A stretch of DNA of 56,598 nt from Basidiobolus meristosporus CBS 931.73. Its lineage: Eukaryota; Fungi; Basidiobolomycota. The DNA lies in assembly GCA_002104905.1 (NCBI GenBank), contig MCFE01000578.1, positions 1 to 56,598 on the forward strand, written 5' to 3'. The translations under genes were made by a program, and so were the position numbers. Position 1 is the stretch's first letter; every line of letters starts with the position of its first letter. Under the pieces are notes generated by a model. That model had not been told where the DNA came from. It saw only the letters and a program-made list of their open reading frames with translations, and searched no databases. Of the stretch, positions 10,646-22,800 are shown piece after piece.

Positions 10646-10675
10646 ATGGGATCATCTCAGTAATTTTTCATAGGG
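10646..10675 (-). repeat. Right TIR of CACTA element
   Basis: atgggatcatctcagtaatttttcataggg, followed by TSD atc. Confidence 0.8.
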
Positions 10676-10678
10676 ATC

Positions 10679-10856
10679 TACTTACGGCTCCTTTTGCACA
10701 CTCAGTCAGTGTTTTTCCGCACAATACATTTGACCTCTCAGTTACTCCATTAGCTTTAGGGTGATATGCTACAGCTTTCAAGAGCCCAATTGTGTTATTT
10801 TCATGTTAGCTACCTATGTCTTTGCCATAAAATTGGCTTCTATATCAGAGAAGACA
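10679..10856 (-). pseudogene. Degenerate Ty3/Gypsy integrase core remnant (part right of the CACTA insertion)
   Basis: Minus strand [41 protein letters not shown], matching [42 protein letters not shown]; continuous with 1-488. Confidence 0.85.
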
Positions 10857-10869
10857 TTGATTGACTAAA

Positions 10870-13860
10870 TATTCTAACTACCACAGCAATATCTGGAGGT
10901 GTAGACACCATCATCTACATTGGGCTACCAACCATCTATTGATAGGGAAAGTTTTGGTCCATATTTGAGCCTTTTTCACCCAAAACTGGCTAAAACTTGC
11001 TCAATTCTTGTCTAATATCCAAGGGGGTGGCTGCAGGCCTGAAATTTTCCATTTTGAAGCATCAAAGCAAGTACCTGACGTACTTATACTGATTGAGCAC
11101 AGTTTTTGTGTAGGTATGTTAAAATTAACTTCCATTCCATTGAAGATATCTGAATTTGTCTGTTTGAATGCCTCCTGGTCACTTGAAGTTATTATTAGGT
11201 TGTCCACAAAAAGAACTATGATGATCACACCCTTTAGAACTGCTTCACATTTAAAGTGCCAGCTGCAGTGCTACAAAAGAACCAAATTTCCTCTATATAT
11301 GTGTCAATCTTGTTATTCCACTCTCTGAGTGCCTGCTCCAGCATATATAAGAGTATCCTTAGTCTCCACACTATATGGGGGCCTTTTGGTTATGTAAAAC
11401 CTTCTGGTTGCCCCATATATATAGTTTCTTGCAGATCCCCACTTAGAAAGGCTGTTTTGAAATGCATATAGTGTAGATATAGACTATGTAAACCTGCCAG
11501 GGCTAGATCTGTCCTAATGGAGTTAAACTTGGCAACCTGAGCAAGTATTTCCTTAACATCTATCCCCTGGATCTAGGAATTGCCTTTAGCTACCAATCTA
11601 GCCCTGTACTGATCAAAGGCACTAGTTGAGGCTATCTTGTTTGATTTGACACATTGGCTTCCTATTAGCTTTCTTCTATTTGGTAAGTCTACCAGTACTC
11701 AGAGATTAGTCCTTCTCTTGCATGGCTTGTTGCCACATAGTAGCATTGGGTCTTTGAATTGCCTGTTCCAGATTCTGGGGTTTTGCACATAGAGCAAGAT
11801 AAGCTTCTTCAGGATCATTGGATATCTGCCACCAGGATCCAGGGGTGTTTGTTGTTCTCAAATATCTCCTAACTGGAATTATCAGCTCTGATCTGGAACT
11901 GATATAAATATCTTCTGTAACTGGTTAAATTACATACATATCTTCTTCATTAGTTTTGATTACATCATTAGACAGCTGACCAATGATTTCAGTGGCTTTC
12001 TGATCTATGTTTTCCTCAAATACAACATCCCTGCTCTTGATCAGTTTATGAATGTTGCCATCATACCCTCTTTTCCCTTCAATAACCTTACAGTGCCCAA
12101 GAATGATCCCTTTTCAGCTCTTTGGTTCCAGCTTTGAGCAATTTTATTAAGGATGTGATAAAAATTATCACTGCCAAAGATCCTGAGGTGCAGGAGTAAT
12201 TATATCTTTCCTGTATATGCCTCAAAGAGTGTTGGATCAAGTAGTGCTGTTGTTGGGCACTTATTTTTGATATATGCTGTGGTAGCAACAGATTCAGTAC
12301 AAAACTTGAGGTCCATTCCCTTATCATTTAGCATAGATCTTTCCATCTCTACCATAGTTCTACTTACATATTCTGTCACTCCATTTTGCTGTGAAGTATG
12401 TGCAACAGTGGTCTGCTGGGCTATACCAGTAGATGGCCAGTATTTTACAGGCTCCTTTGAGCAATTCTCCCCTCCATTGTCACTTCAAAGTACCTTCAAT
12501 TTACACCCGGTTTGTGTTTCTTCCTTCTTTGTGAGGTATTAGCATCTCTAAAGCATTAACCTTTGTCTTGAGGATGTACACCCATATATATCCTGTCTTG
12601 TCATCAATTGTAATCAAAAGGTATCTCTTGGCTCCATAGGATAGTGTTCTCATTGGCCCACTTATGTCTGAGTGCACAATAGCCAATATTTTGGTGGTGT
12701 CAACACCTACTGAGCCCCTCAAAGGTTGCTCAGCTTGTTTGTGAAATGAACATCCCTCAAAGTCACTCAATTTGATCAAAACAGAGAGGTTTAGGCCCAA
12801 AACATGCTGATTTCTCTCCAATTGGCTCACTTTCTGCTCCTCAATGTGTAAAAGCCTCCTATGCCATGTCTTGCAGCTATTCTCATCAGTTTCAGCAATG
12901 TTGACAAAATCATGTACAGTGTTCTTGCATTGTAACTTGTATATAATATGATCTCTGATTCCCAAAGCTGATATTTATTCATTTTGACTCAGTAATGAGC
13001 AGTTCTGCTTAGTAAAGACAAATACCAGTCCCTGAGTCAGTGTTTAAGTGACTGAGAGTACGTTCTTAGCTATTCCAGGTACATACAGAATGCCAGTCTG
13101 TTTTGCTGTTGTTGCCCCTGAGATACCACTCTTATTAGCTGTATAGATCCACTGGCAGTAGCTACTAGTGCCCAGTTGACTCCCAGAAGTCCTTGCTTAC
13201 AGGAATAGTCTTTGAGTTGCTGAACTGCTCCTTTATACTGCAAATATGGTATGATGCCCCAGAGTCAATAAATCATTCAGTACTTTGGTTACTTGCATTT
13301 TCTTGTACAAATACAAATAACTCTTTGTCTTAAGATATGGTTTGCCTGCACTAGCTTCTGTTTTTTGTCTGCTTTTTTCTTCTTCAGTTGTCATGGTCAG
13401 TGTATTGGCTTCTAACAGTAGTTAGAGCAACCAGGTTTTCTTTGATTCTGTTGTTTTCCCTACTTCTATGTGTGCCTTTCTGAGCTGAATAAAGCATTAT
13501 CTTGAATTTCTCTGCTTGATGATTATGGCTGAGCTCTTCATGGAGTAGTGTTCCTTTGATATAGTCTAAAGTCAGACTGTCTTCTCTGCTTTTTATATAA
13601 AGAAGGCTCATAATTGAATGATAAGCTGTACAGCAGACAGGGTATCTTTTCCTTGTCACCTACACCTGCATTTATATTCCAAAGCTCTTCTGCAAGTGTC
13701 TCCATTGTGACAATGAGTCGAAGCATGTCATCATCTGGATTCTTCCTAAAATTGAAGAACATTTGCTTAAACAAGGCTTGCATGATACTGGCTTTGCTCC
13801 AAAGATCTCATGTCAGGATTCACATGCTGCTTTGGCAGTACTTGAAGCATGAATTTGTCC
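10870..13860 (-). mobile_element. Degenerate, truncated Ty1/Copia internal region (gag-PR-IN-RT), same family as 24773-29457
   Basis: Long nucleotide similarity to 25750-28810. Fragments include LFKQMFFNFRKNPDDDML, AIVHSDISGPMRTLSYGAKRYLL..IDDKTGYIWVY and IVLFVDNLII. No LTRs seen. Confidence 0.85.
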
Positions 13861-13899
13861 CCTGAAGAAATCTTGCACAGTTAAACATCTAGGTTACTA

Positions 13900-14600
13900 A
13901 ATAGCTCAAATCTAGCCCATATATTGCCTAGCTCCTTATGAAAATTGTTGACTAAATGGTGGTGGGTATGTAGTCCATTAACGGTCTTGAAGGTGCTGGT
14001 AGCTGGATTTTTCTTGTTGATTTAGTTCCTAAGCCTGCATGTAGCAGATTGACAGGTGTCAGATCTCTCAGAGTGCTTGGGAACCCTCTGTTGTCAAAGC
14101 ACTTCTATTCTCAGATCTTTCCTGCATATTGGTTACCTGTTTAGATATGTTGAAGCTTTTCACAGACTTAGTTGACATTTATCAAGTGAACTTGCTTGAA
14201 AAGATGGTTCTCTTGGCAACTTAGTTGCAGATATAATTACTGCAGTATGGTCCATACGAGGGAGCTGTAAGTAACTTGCTCATATCTGTGGTAACAATAT
14301 GAGCATTTGCTTCATATTAATTTATCTGTTTATACATCATTGTATTCCTTGTAATATCTGTACTAGTGTAGGGCTACCAATTTATTCCTCAGTAATATTG
14401 CCATTGAAAATTCTTTAGTTTGCTTGCAGAATATACACCTGAACATTAGCCATGACCTCCAGGAGCACGTTTCTTGATGGTAGTAAAAATTCTGTAAAAC
14501 AAATCTCTAGATAATTCATATCCCACTTTTCCAATACCTGATGTAACAATGTAGCTCTTCTAATAAGTTCCAGCAACACAGGTATATACATCTTTTGCAT
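13900..14600 (-). pseudogene. Probable highly degenerate Gypsy-type integrase remnant
   Basis: Broken minus-strand fragments EELHCY..FYY..RCIFCKQTK (zinc-finger-like spacing) and MDHTAVII; many stops. Confidence 0.35.
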
Positions 14601-14755
14601 GCTACAAAATAGGTGTAGTCCTCAGTAAGACCATCACAAAGCCACTCAATCCCCGTCAAATGATTACCATATCACTGCAAAGTTTGTGCATCTATGTTAG
14701 TAAAATCAACAAAGACCATCTCAATCCTGCCACAATATTGTAAAGAGGGCCAATA

Positions 14756-15123
14756 TGTTATGATCTGCTGCTTGAATGTTTAAGTTAGATCAGTTTTTAG
14801 TCAAATCAGTTAGTATATGTTTAGGTTATCAGTATATCAGTATTATCTATGAAATCAGTAGCATTAGTCAGCAAATGAATCAGCAGATCCTTATCAGACA
14901 GAAATAGATATATTAAGTAGGATCTTATTGGGTGATGATGATGCAATCAAATGAGTCATCAGCCACAACCCACATTAGGAAATACAATTAGTCAGCAATT
15001 GATCTGGCAAAATGTATATAAGGAGCTGCTGGAACCTCAATAAAAATCAGTTCAAGTTTTAGTGAATACAATACTACCTAAACTCCCTATTCCTCTACAA
15101 CTCTTATACCAAGACTTGTAACA
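14756..15123 (+). repeat. 5' LTR of Gypsy element
   Basis: tgttatgatc...gacttgtaaca; TATA-like gtatataagg and aataaa. Confidence 0.95.
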
Positions 15124-15124
15124 T

Positions 15125-15134
15125 TGGTAGCAGC
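15125..15134 (+). promoter_or_regulatory. Primer-binding site TGGTAGCAGC (probably tRNA-iMet)
   Basis: Begins after a 1-nt spacer following the LTR; TGG start, and TGGTAGC is shared with known iMet-type PBSs. Confidence 0.65.
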
Positions 15135-15182
15135 AATAACCAGAAACCTCCCTCCTGAAGAAAAGAAGAAACCACCCTCAAG

Positions 15183-18100
15183 ATGTCGGACAATCAAGAA
15201 TGGAAGAATGCCATGCAGCAAATCCTGGCCCAACAGCAACAGCTACTCCAGATCCTCAGCCAACAGCAACAAGGAATGACTACCATGGCTCAGAGCCAAC
15301 AAAGCCCTGTCAAGAGCAACTTTAGTGTGAAGGTCAACCGGTACCATGGCAGAGTCAATGAAAACCTGGGAACTTGGCTCTTTCAGATTGAAGAAGCTTT
15401 TAAAGCTAAAGGAATTGCTCCAGAGAGCAAGCTACATTATGCAGCTTCTTACCTGGCAGATGCAGCTTTACAGTGGTACCACAACAAGATCAGGTCAGCT
15501 ACTATGATGGGATGCTCTACAATCTCTACCTGGGATGAGTTTGTGTCGGAAATTCAGGATGCTTTTGAACCTCCACACCAGCAGACACTACTAAGAAGGA
15601 AGTTAAAGACACTCAGACAGAAAGGAATGGTGCAAGAATACATCTATGAGTACAGATGTCTACTTGGACAAATTGAAAGAATGGACCCCTTGGATCAAGT
15701 TGAATACTTTATTGATGGGTTGAAAGAAAGAACTTGCAAGGAAGTCAATTACCAAAGACCTCAGACTATTGAAGAAGCCATCAAGATTGCCATTGACTAT
15801 GACTCAGCTATGTTTGGAGTTGGGAAGCCTACAGTGACTAATCAGAAAGGCTATAATCATTATGAAAGAAGACAATCAGAAGCAGTACCAATGGAAATAG
15901 ACGCTATGCAGAAGAATCCCTCCTCAGAAGAATGCAAGAAGAGAGGACTTTGCTTCAATTGCCACCAGCAGGGACATATTGCAAAGTACTGCCCTCAGAG
16001 AAGAAATGGACACCAGCCAACAAGAATCTTCTACCATATTGAGTCCCATGAACACAGTAATGTGGAAGATGAGCTTGAAGAAGACTCGGAACTCACCTTC
16101 CATATGACAGAAGAGTACTTGTCCCAAATGACTTCAAACTCAGGGAAGTTATTGTACTTGAATGGAGTAATCAATGGAGTACCTGCCAAGATCATGATTG
16201 ACTCAGGAGCATTGCATGAGTACATGTTGGAGCAATTTGCTTTGAAAGCTGGAATCAACTTGGAACCTACCAAATCAACTTCAGTTTCCACAGCTGATGG
16301 GAGCTCCCACATAATCAACCGTATTACCCAGCCAGTAAGAATGAAGATCAATGACTATGAAGAAGACCTACAGGCTTATATATTTGGGAACTGCAAGTTT
16401 GACCTTGTACTTGGAAAAACCTGGCTATTTTGTCGTAATCCATCAATCAACTGGAGAACCCATGCTACTCAGATTCAAAAAGACAACAAGACCTATGAGC
16501 TATTACCTGCCATGCTGGATTTCAACTTGGTCAATTCCAGTGTGTGTGAGACAAGTGAACTTAGCAAGACCCAGTTCTGTAGAGCACTTAGAAAAGGTAC
16601 CGAGATGTTCCTCATGGCGGTATTACAGGAGGATTCCTCTACCCCAGCACCCCAGCAGGTCCAGACTCTCTTGAAGAAATATTCAGACGTGTTTCCAGAT
16701 GAGCTTGTAAGCCTACCACCAGTCAGAGACATGGATCATGCCATTGACACAGGAGATAGCCCTCCAGTGAGCAAGACACCTTACAGAATGAGTCCATTGG
16801 AATTGGAGGAAATGAAGAGACAAATTGATCAGCTATTGGAGCAAGGATACATCAGGCCCAGCAAGTCACCCTGGGGAGCACCAGTGCTTTTTGTGAAAAA
16901 GAAGGATGGAACACTTAGGATGTGCATTGACTACAGAGCCCTGAACTCAGTTACCATCAAGAATAAGTACCCCATACCTTGGATTGATGAGCTTTTAGAC
17001 CAACTTAATGGAGCCACTATTTTCAGCAAGATTGACCTCATGTCAGGATACAACCAGATTAGGGTGAAACCAGAAGATATCCCTAAGACAGCATTCAGGA
17101 CCAGATATGGACATTACAAGTACTTAGTCATGAGTTTTGGCCTCACTAATGCCCCTGCAACATTCATGACGCTGATGCAGACTGTCTTTCAGGAGTACTT
17201 AGACAAGTTTGTGATAATCTACCTGGATGACATATTGATATACAGCAAGACAGAAAAGGATCACATGGTACACATTGAAAAGGTGTTGAAGAAACTAAGA
17301 GAGAACAAGCTATATGGCAAGCTAGCCAAGTGTGAATTCTTCAAGGAACACGTAGAATATCTGGGACACATAGTGACTAGCACAGGAGTAACCTTAGACC
17401 CCAAGAAGGTGGAAGTAATCAAGAATTTGAAGCAGCCCCATAGCATATCAGAACTCAGATCCTTCCTTGGAATGGTTTCCTATTATCGGAGATTTGTCAA
17501 GTCATTTGCAAGTATTGCAGCCCCTTTAACTAATATCCTCAAGAAAGACAATACCTACAAGTGGGACATAGCTTGTGAGACTGCCTTCCAGACGCTAAAG
17601 AATGAACTTGCTAAGTTGCCAAGCTTAAGAATACCAGACTTCAGAAAAGAGTTCACTCTATGCACAGATGCTTCAGATTACACAATTGGTGGAGTGCTGA
17701 GCCAAGAACACGAGGGAAAGGACTACCCTGTTGCCTTTGAATCCAAGAAACTGAACTCAGCAGAACAAAACTATCCAGTCCATGAGAAGGAGATGCTTGC
17801 TATAATACACTGTTTGAAGACATGGAGATGCTATATTGAAGGAGTCAAATGCACTGTGAAGACTGATCATGCCTCCCTCAAGTATATATTTACTCAGAAG
17901 GTACTCTCTAGAAGAATGACAAGATGGAGTGAATACATTCAGCAATTTGACCTGGAGATTGTCTACTGCCCTGGAAAAAACAACACGGTTGCTGATGCCT
18001 TATCAAGATTAGATCAAGTTGCACAACTCAACTTGGTGCATGAATCAGATTGGCCTAGCCTATTACCAAAGTACTTGGAGGACCAAGCCATTCCTAATGA

Positions 18101-19316
18101 GGTGGATGAAGATATCAAGAAGATAATCCGGAATGAAGCCAGCAAATTTGTTGTACAGGATGAAACACTCTACCGAATTGTTGATGGAAGCCCTATTGCC
18201 TATCGTCCTTATGTTGCTCGCCTGGATTTAATACATAAGCTACACAATGGATATGGACATCTTGGGATTGAAGGAACCTATAGCCTTGTGAAAGCCAGAG
18301 CATGGTGGCCCAGAATGAAACAAGATATTGAGAAGCTAGTGAAAACATGCCCAAACTGCCAAATCAATCAGGGCCAGCCACAAAGAATTGCCGAACTCTT
18401 CCCTTTGGAGCCTGTCAGACCATTTGAGAGATGGGGAATTGACTTTATTGGAAGACTGCCAACTACCAGGAAATGTAACCGTTGGATCCTAGTAGCTATT
18501 GACCATGCCACTAAATGGCCAGTTGCTAAAGCCGTACCAATAGCCAGTGAACAAGAAGTTGCAAGTTTCATTTACCATGAGATCCTGATGAAGTTTGGAT
18601 GCCCTGTGGAGATCTTATCTGATAGAGGTGCAAACTTTATGGCAAAGACATTAGAGGCTTACCTGGAAATGCAGCAGATCAGACACTTGAAAACCTTGGC
18701 ATATCACCCCAGAACTAATGGAGTCACTGAGCGGTTTAATGGATTATTTGGAAAAATGCTGACTAAGTATGCAAATGGAGTTGTCAGTAGATGGGATGAG
18801 TATATAGACCAAGCACTCTTTGCATGCAGAGTCAGAGTACACAACACCACCCAGCAATCACCATTTTACTTAGTTTATGGATGTGAACCTAGGATTCCAG
18901 GAGATCTCACACAACCCAAGCTTACAGATGCCTTAGAAGATGAACTTAGTCAGCCAAGTAGACACCAGCAACTGGAACAAAGACGTCAAGAGGCACAGAC
19001 CAAAGTATCTCAAAGTGCAGAAAAGATGAAGCAGAGATTTGATAAGACTATAGCACCAGAAGCATTGACAGTTGGGAACTTTGTATTGCTAAGAAACAAC
19101 ACTCGGAAGAAGTTTGAGCCACAATGGACAGGACCATTCAAGATCATCAGAGAATGTCCATTTGCAACTTACCAACTGGTGGACAAGCAAGGTAATATCC
19201 GGGAAGACTTAGTGCATAGGGACAGACTCAAGCTTGCAAGACTTGCTGATAATACTGAACCATCAAGATATTGGTATCACAAGAAAAGAGATTCAGGAGA
19301 ACCCTCTCAACTTTAG
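15183..19316 (+). CDS. Gag-Pol polyprotein, 1377 aa (Ty3/Gypsy; no chromodomain)
   Basis: Gag with [14 protein letters not shown] knuckle; protease IDSGA; RT YLDD; RNase H TDAS..YPVHEKE..TDH; integrase [25 protein letters not shown]; C-terminal W.GPF motif. Confidence 0.96.
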   Translation: MSDNQEWKNAMQQILAQQQQLLQILSQQQQGMTTMAQSQQSPVKSNFSVKVNRYHGRVNENLGTWLFQIEEAFKAKGIAPESKLHYAASYLADAALQWYHNKIRSATMMGCSTISTWDEFVSEIQDAFEPPHQQTLLRRKLKTLRQKGMVQEYIYEYRCLLGQIERMDPLDQVEYFIDGLKERTCKEVNYQRPQTIEEAIKIAIDYDSAMFGVGKPTVTNQKGYNHYERRQSEAVPMEIDAMQKNPSSEECKKRGLCFNCHQQGHIAKYCPQRRNGHQPTRIFYHIESHEHSNVEDELEEDSELTFHMTEEYLSQMTSNSGKLLYLNGVINGVPAKIMIDSGALHEYMLEQFALKAGINLEPTKSTSVSTADGSSHIINRITQPVRMKINDYEEDLQAYIFGNCKFDLVLGKTWLFCRNPSINWRTHATQIQKDNKTYELLPAMLDFNLVNSSVCETSELSKTQFCRALRKGTEMFLMAVLQEDSSTPAPQQVQTLLKKYSDVFPDELVSLPPVRDMDHAIDTGDSPPVSKTPYRMSPLELEEMKRQIDQLLEQGYIRPSKSPWGAPVLFVKKKDGTLRMCIDYRALNSVTIKNKYPIPWIDELLDQLNGATIFSKIDLMSGYNQIRVKPEDIPKTAFRTRYGHYKYLVMSFGLTNAPATFMTLMQTVFQEYLDKFVIIYLDDILIYSKTEKDHMVHIEKVLKKLRENKLYGKLAKCEFFKEHVEYLGHIVTSTGVTLDPKKVEVIKNLKQPHSISELRSFLGMVSYYRRFVKSFASIAAPLTNILKKDNTYKWDIACETAFQTLKNELAKLPSLRIPDFRKEFTLCTDASDYTIGGVLSQEHEGKDYPVAFESKKLNSAEQNYPVHEKEMLAIIHCLKTWRCYIEGVKCTVKTDHASLKYIFTQKVLSRRMTRWSEYIQQFDLEIVYCPGKNNTVADALSRLDQVAQLNLVHESDWPSLLPKYLEDQAIPNEVDEDIKKIIRNEASKFVVQDETLYRIVDGSPIAYRPYVARLDLIHKLHNGYGHLGIEGTYSLVKARAWWPRMKQDIEKLVKTCPNCQINQGQPQRIAELFPLEPVRPFERWGIDFIGRLPTTRKCNRWILVAIDHATKWPVAKAVPIASEQEVASFIYHEILMKFGCPVEILSDRGANFMAKTLEAYLEMQQIRHLKTLAYHPRTNGVTERFNGLFGKMLTKYANGVVSRWDEYIDQALFACRVRVHNTTQQSPFYLVYGCEPRIPGDLTQPKLTDALEDELSQPSRHQQLEQRRQEAQTKVSQSAEKMKQRFDKTIAPEALTVGNFVLLRNNTRKKFEPQWTGPFKIIRECPFATYQLVDKQGNIREDLVHRDRLKLARLADNTEPSRYWYHKKRDSGEPSQL

Positions 19317-19326
19317 TAGGGGAGAA
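19314..19326 (+). other. Polypurine tract
   Basis: tagtaggggagaa immediately before the 3' LTR. Confidence 0.85.
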
Positions 19327-19694
19327 TGTTATGATCTGCCGCTTGAATGTTTAAGTTAGATCAGTTTTTAGTCAAATCAGTTAGTATATGTTTAGGTTAT
19401 CAGTATATCAGTATTATCTATGAAATCAGTAGCATTAGTCAGCAAATGAATCAGCAGATCCTTATCAGACAGAAATAGATATATTAAGTAGGATCTTATT
19501 GGGTGATGATGATGCAATCAAATGAGTCATCAGCCACAACCCACATTAGGAAATACAATTAGTCAGCAATTGATCTGGCAAAATGTATATAAGGAGCTGC
19601 TGGAACCTCAATAAAAATCAGTTCAAGTTTTAGTGAATACAATACTAGCTAAACTCCCTATTCCTCTACAACTCTTATACCAAGACTTGTAACA
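19327..19694 (+). repeat. 3' LTR of Gypsy element
   Basis: Identical to 14756-15123 except 2 substitutions. Confidence 0.95.
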
Positions 19695-19791
19695 AATAAT
19701 CCAGGCTACCAGCATTGTGACAGCCTCATTGTGGGATCTCAACAGCTGATCCAGATTAAATTACCTGCAGGACCAAATTACTCTTCATAGG
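19695..19791 (-). repeat. CACTA-family left-end remnant (reverse), split by the Gypsy insertion
   Basis: ggaccaaattactcttcatagg resembles the reverse complement of 492-516; similarity continues left of the Gypsy at ~14720-14755 and matches 43690-43800. Confidence 0.55.
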
Positions 19792-19839
19792 AAAATGTAA
19801 TACTGTTAGCCTTCCAACCAAGCACCGCCACATACAGCA

Positions 19840-22800
19840 GCATATGAACAGTTTGCCAACTGCTCTCTTTGGCACTCAGTGCAACAAGTTGGTACTGTGC
19901 AGTCATTGAAGCATAACATTTACATTCAATATAGAACCTACAGAAAACCTGTAGCATTTAACAGGTAAATACAGGAATCTATATACCAGAGGCTAATATC
20001 AACACTTAGAAATGTTTTTTAGGGAGCCAGAAGGCTGAAGTAAATGCACTAATGCAGTATTTATCCAGGGAGAATATGTGACAATAGAAGTAGCACTTGG
20101 ACAAAGTTGCAGCAAAAGGTCTGGCAGTGACGAACATCAAGGCATAGGAAAGGAAAACAGTGTACCCATGCCAGAGACATACAAGAGCAAGACAAAGGTG
20201 GCAATTTGCACCCATATGTGCTTTCACCCTAGAACCATCTGATTTCCCAAATAATCAGGTAGTATTATCAGCCAGAGAACAGTTGTTCTCACAAGAGTTG
20301 GGAGTGCAGCAAACTCACAACCTCTGCATCCATCTATTATAGTAAGAGTAAACTTCCCCCCTCACAGACAAAGTAACAATCAGTGTGAAAAATAATTGTG
20401 AAAATCCAATCAAAAGTGCATACAAAGTTGCTATCCCATCACTGAGAAGCATCAATCTCTCCAGGACACCATGTAAAGTACCTCAAGAAAAAGTTGTACC
20501 CTAAATTTCACAAAAAACTCAAAATTTACTATCACAATATTACATAAGTGGCTTTTAACTTGTTCTCTGCCAACCCTCCACTCTCTGATCCTGTACATTC
20601 AATCAATTCCTATATCTGTGCACATTGATTGGCAGTTGCCTCTTTTCACACTACTCACTTACTGACTGAAACAATGCTCTTACATCTAATTTACACAAAT
20701 TGATATTTCCAATGAAACTAGATGGGTAACTCAATTGCTAATTTTTATGACCTGTACAAGCACTTATGTTATGATCTGCCGCCTGAATGTTTGAGTTAGA
20801 TCAGTTTTTAGTCAAACCAGGTAGTATATGTTTAGGTTATCAGTATATCAGTATTATCTATGAAATCAGTAGCATTAGTCAGCTAATGAATCAGCAGATC
20901 CTTATCAGACAGAAATAGATATATTAAGTAGGATCTTATTGGGTGATGATGATGCAATCAAATGAGTCATCAGCCACAACCTACATTAGGAAATACAATT
21001 AATCAGCAATTGATCTGGCAAAATGTATATAATGAGCTGCTGGAACCTCAATAAAATCAGTTCAAGTTTTAGTGAATACAATACTAGCTAAACTCCCTAT
21101 TCCTCTACAACTCTTATACCAAGACTTGTAACACTTTTATCTTAGACAAATGCTAAGCTCATCTCTACACTCAACAACTGGCACTTCAAGGTCTAGTGCC
21201 TCATTTGCCTGTCTCAACAATAGATCCTTACATCATTCAAGTGTGGTGTCTTGAGCATTGCTCTTGAAGAAGTGCTGTAACCTCATGGTGTGCCCTTCAA
21301 TGTTTCAAATTCTACTGTAGACGTTTCAATAGTCTTTGAAGTTCTTAACATTGCTGCTTTGTCTGTTACTAAAATCTCCACTCTGTCTATAAAGGAGGAT
21401 ATGGTGGTGGTGGTAGGCAAGTTGCCTTTCTCTACAAGCTCTTTTACCTCACAAGGGTGATCTCAACTAACTGCATTTCCATCTATTGTAACATGGCTGT
21501 TGTCTGGTTGGTAATCTTTCTTGGCTATTATGGTATTAAGCCAATTTTGGGCTGATATAACAAATTAGCATGAGCTGCAGCTTTATATCCATATTTCACT
21601 GTCTCAGGAAGGCGTGACTTTTCCCTTCTTATTGTAACCTTGCTCACAGCCAGGTCCTACACTGCTACTTTGTCTGAGTGCTTCTTGTATTTTACACACA
21701 TATACATAATAAATGCTGCACCAGTGCATCCATTTTGCCTGCCTGTCCCTTACCAGCACTTTCCTGGCAACCTGATGTTTCTTTGGTGCTTATTTTGAGC
21801 TCTCAGCTCTACCTGTGAAGGGTGTCTTAGAGAGCAGCAGGCTACTATCACTACTGCATATTTTTTTGCTGCATTATCTGAGTTCTTTTGCATAGAACAT
21901 TGTTTGTGTCTGAAAAATGTGGCACTAATGGATCTGATTCTGCCTTCTGGTCCCTGACTGGCACTCTTCTGGCTGCTCAGCAACACTTTACAGCTTTTAT
22001 GGAGCTTCCAGGCCTGCTTGTGACAAGGTCTTAAGGAAGCTGCTGGACTTTAGCTGTTGCACCCTTGTTCTTCTACCAATGATGGTGGTGGATTTTCTTG
22101 AGATACATTCTTAACATGCCAATGCTAGCCCAATATCATATTGTTTGCTTGAACTCAAAATAATGCTTATGGAACAGATCAAGCACATTACACATAGCCT
22201 TAAGCTCCATTGTGGTCTCATTATATGCTGACCTTGAAGTAATGTTGTGCTAGAATTCAAATAGCCTCCTGAGTATCAGCTTACTGTTCATCATTATACA
22301 CAACAACTTTACAGATCTTCAGTATCTTTTGATTTTAAGCTTGGGTATAACACAACAGTCTCTCCCACTTAAGCTGTAAAAGATACTTCTATGGTCTTTT
22401 TCTTTTGGCATGGTGATTGTGCTTCAAGACTGAATGGGGTTCTATTACCATTATAATGGGATATGATTGAATTCTTGACTGTGACATTGTGTTACTTGAG
22501 CTCTTTCTTTGAAAGCTAGATTCTGCAATCCCTGCCTGAGAAATTGACTGCTCTACATGTATTATGCACTCTTCCTGTATTGGGGCTATTTGCTGACATC
22601 TCTAGGCCATTGTTTCTATCTTATTAGCTACTGCAACTAATTGCCTCATTGGTACCTTGAAACATGCTGACTGACAACTTGCTAAAACTGGTAGCGCTAA
22701 TGTTAAAACTGTCATTTGGTGGTCTTCTACCTAAGGTTCTGCATTTGCTACATTATTATCTGCTTGTGTATTATGATTAGCTTGCAGCTCTTCAGAGTTC

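Larger units (their letters stand above)
492..10675 (-). mobile_element. Complete CMC/CACTA (EnSpm-like) DNA transposon, ~5.8 kb native plus two nested insertions; coding-decayed
   Basis: Imperfect TIRs: ccctatgaaaaataac at 492 and gtaatttttcataggg ending 10675. Both are flanked by ATC (489-491, 10676-10678). Removing the element restores a continuous Gypsy integrase reading. It contains a Tnp2-like transposase, and CCCTA fits the CMC terminal consensus. Confidence 0.88.
14756..19694 (+). mobile_element. Full-length Ty3/Gypsy LTR retrotransposon (4939 bp), recent insertion
   Basis: 368-bp TG..CA LTRs with 2 mismatches; 4-bp TSD AATA (14752-55, 19695-98); PBS and PPT present; single gag-pol ORF with order PR-RT-RH-IN. 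Confidence 0.97.

Noticed and set aside
15924-18571. Antisense ORFs over Gypsy pol, and similar ones over both Copias and the CACTA copies
   Set aside because: Shadow frames of real coding sequence with no independent motifs.
19100-19316. Chromodomain at the end of the Gypsy integrase
   Set aside because: Pol ends ~60 aa after the W.GPF motif with no chromodomain pattern (YLVKWKG..TWEP).
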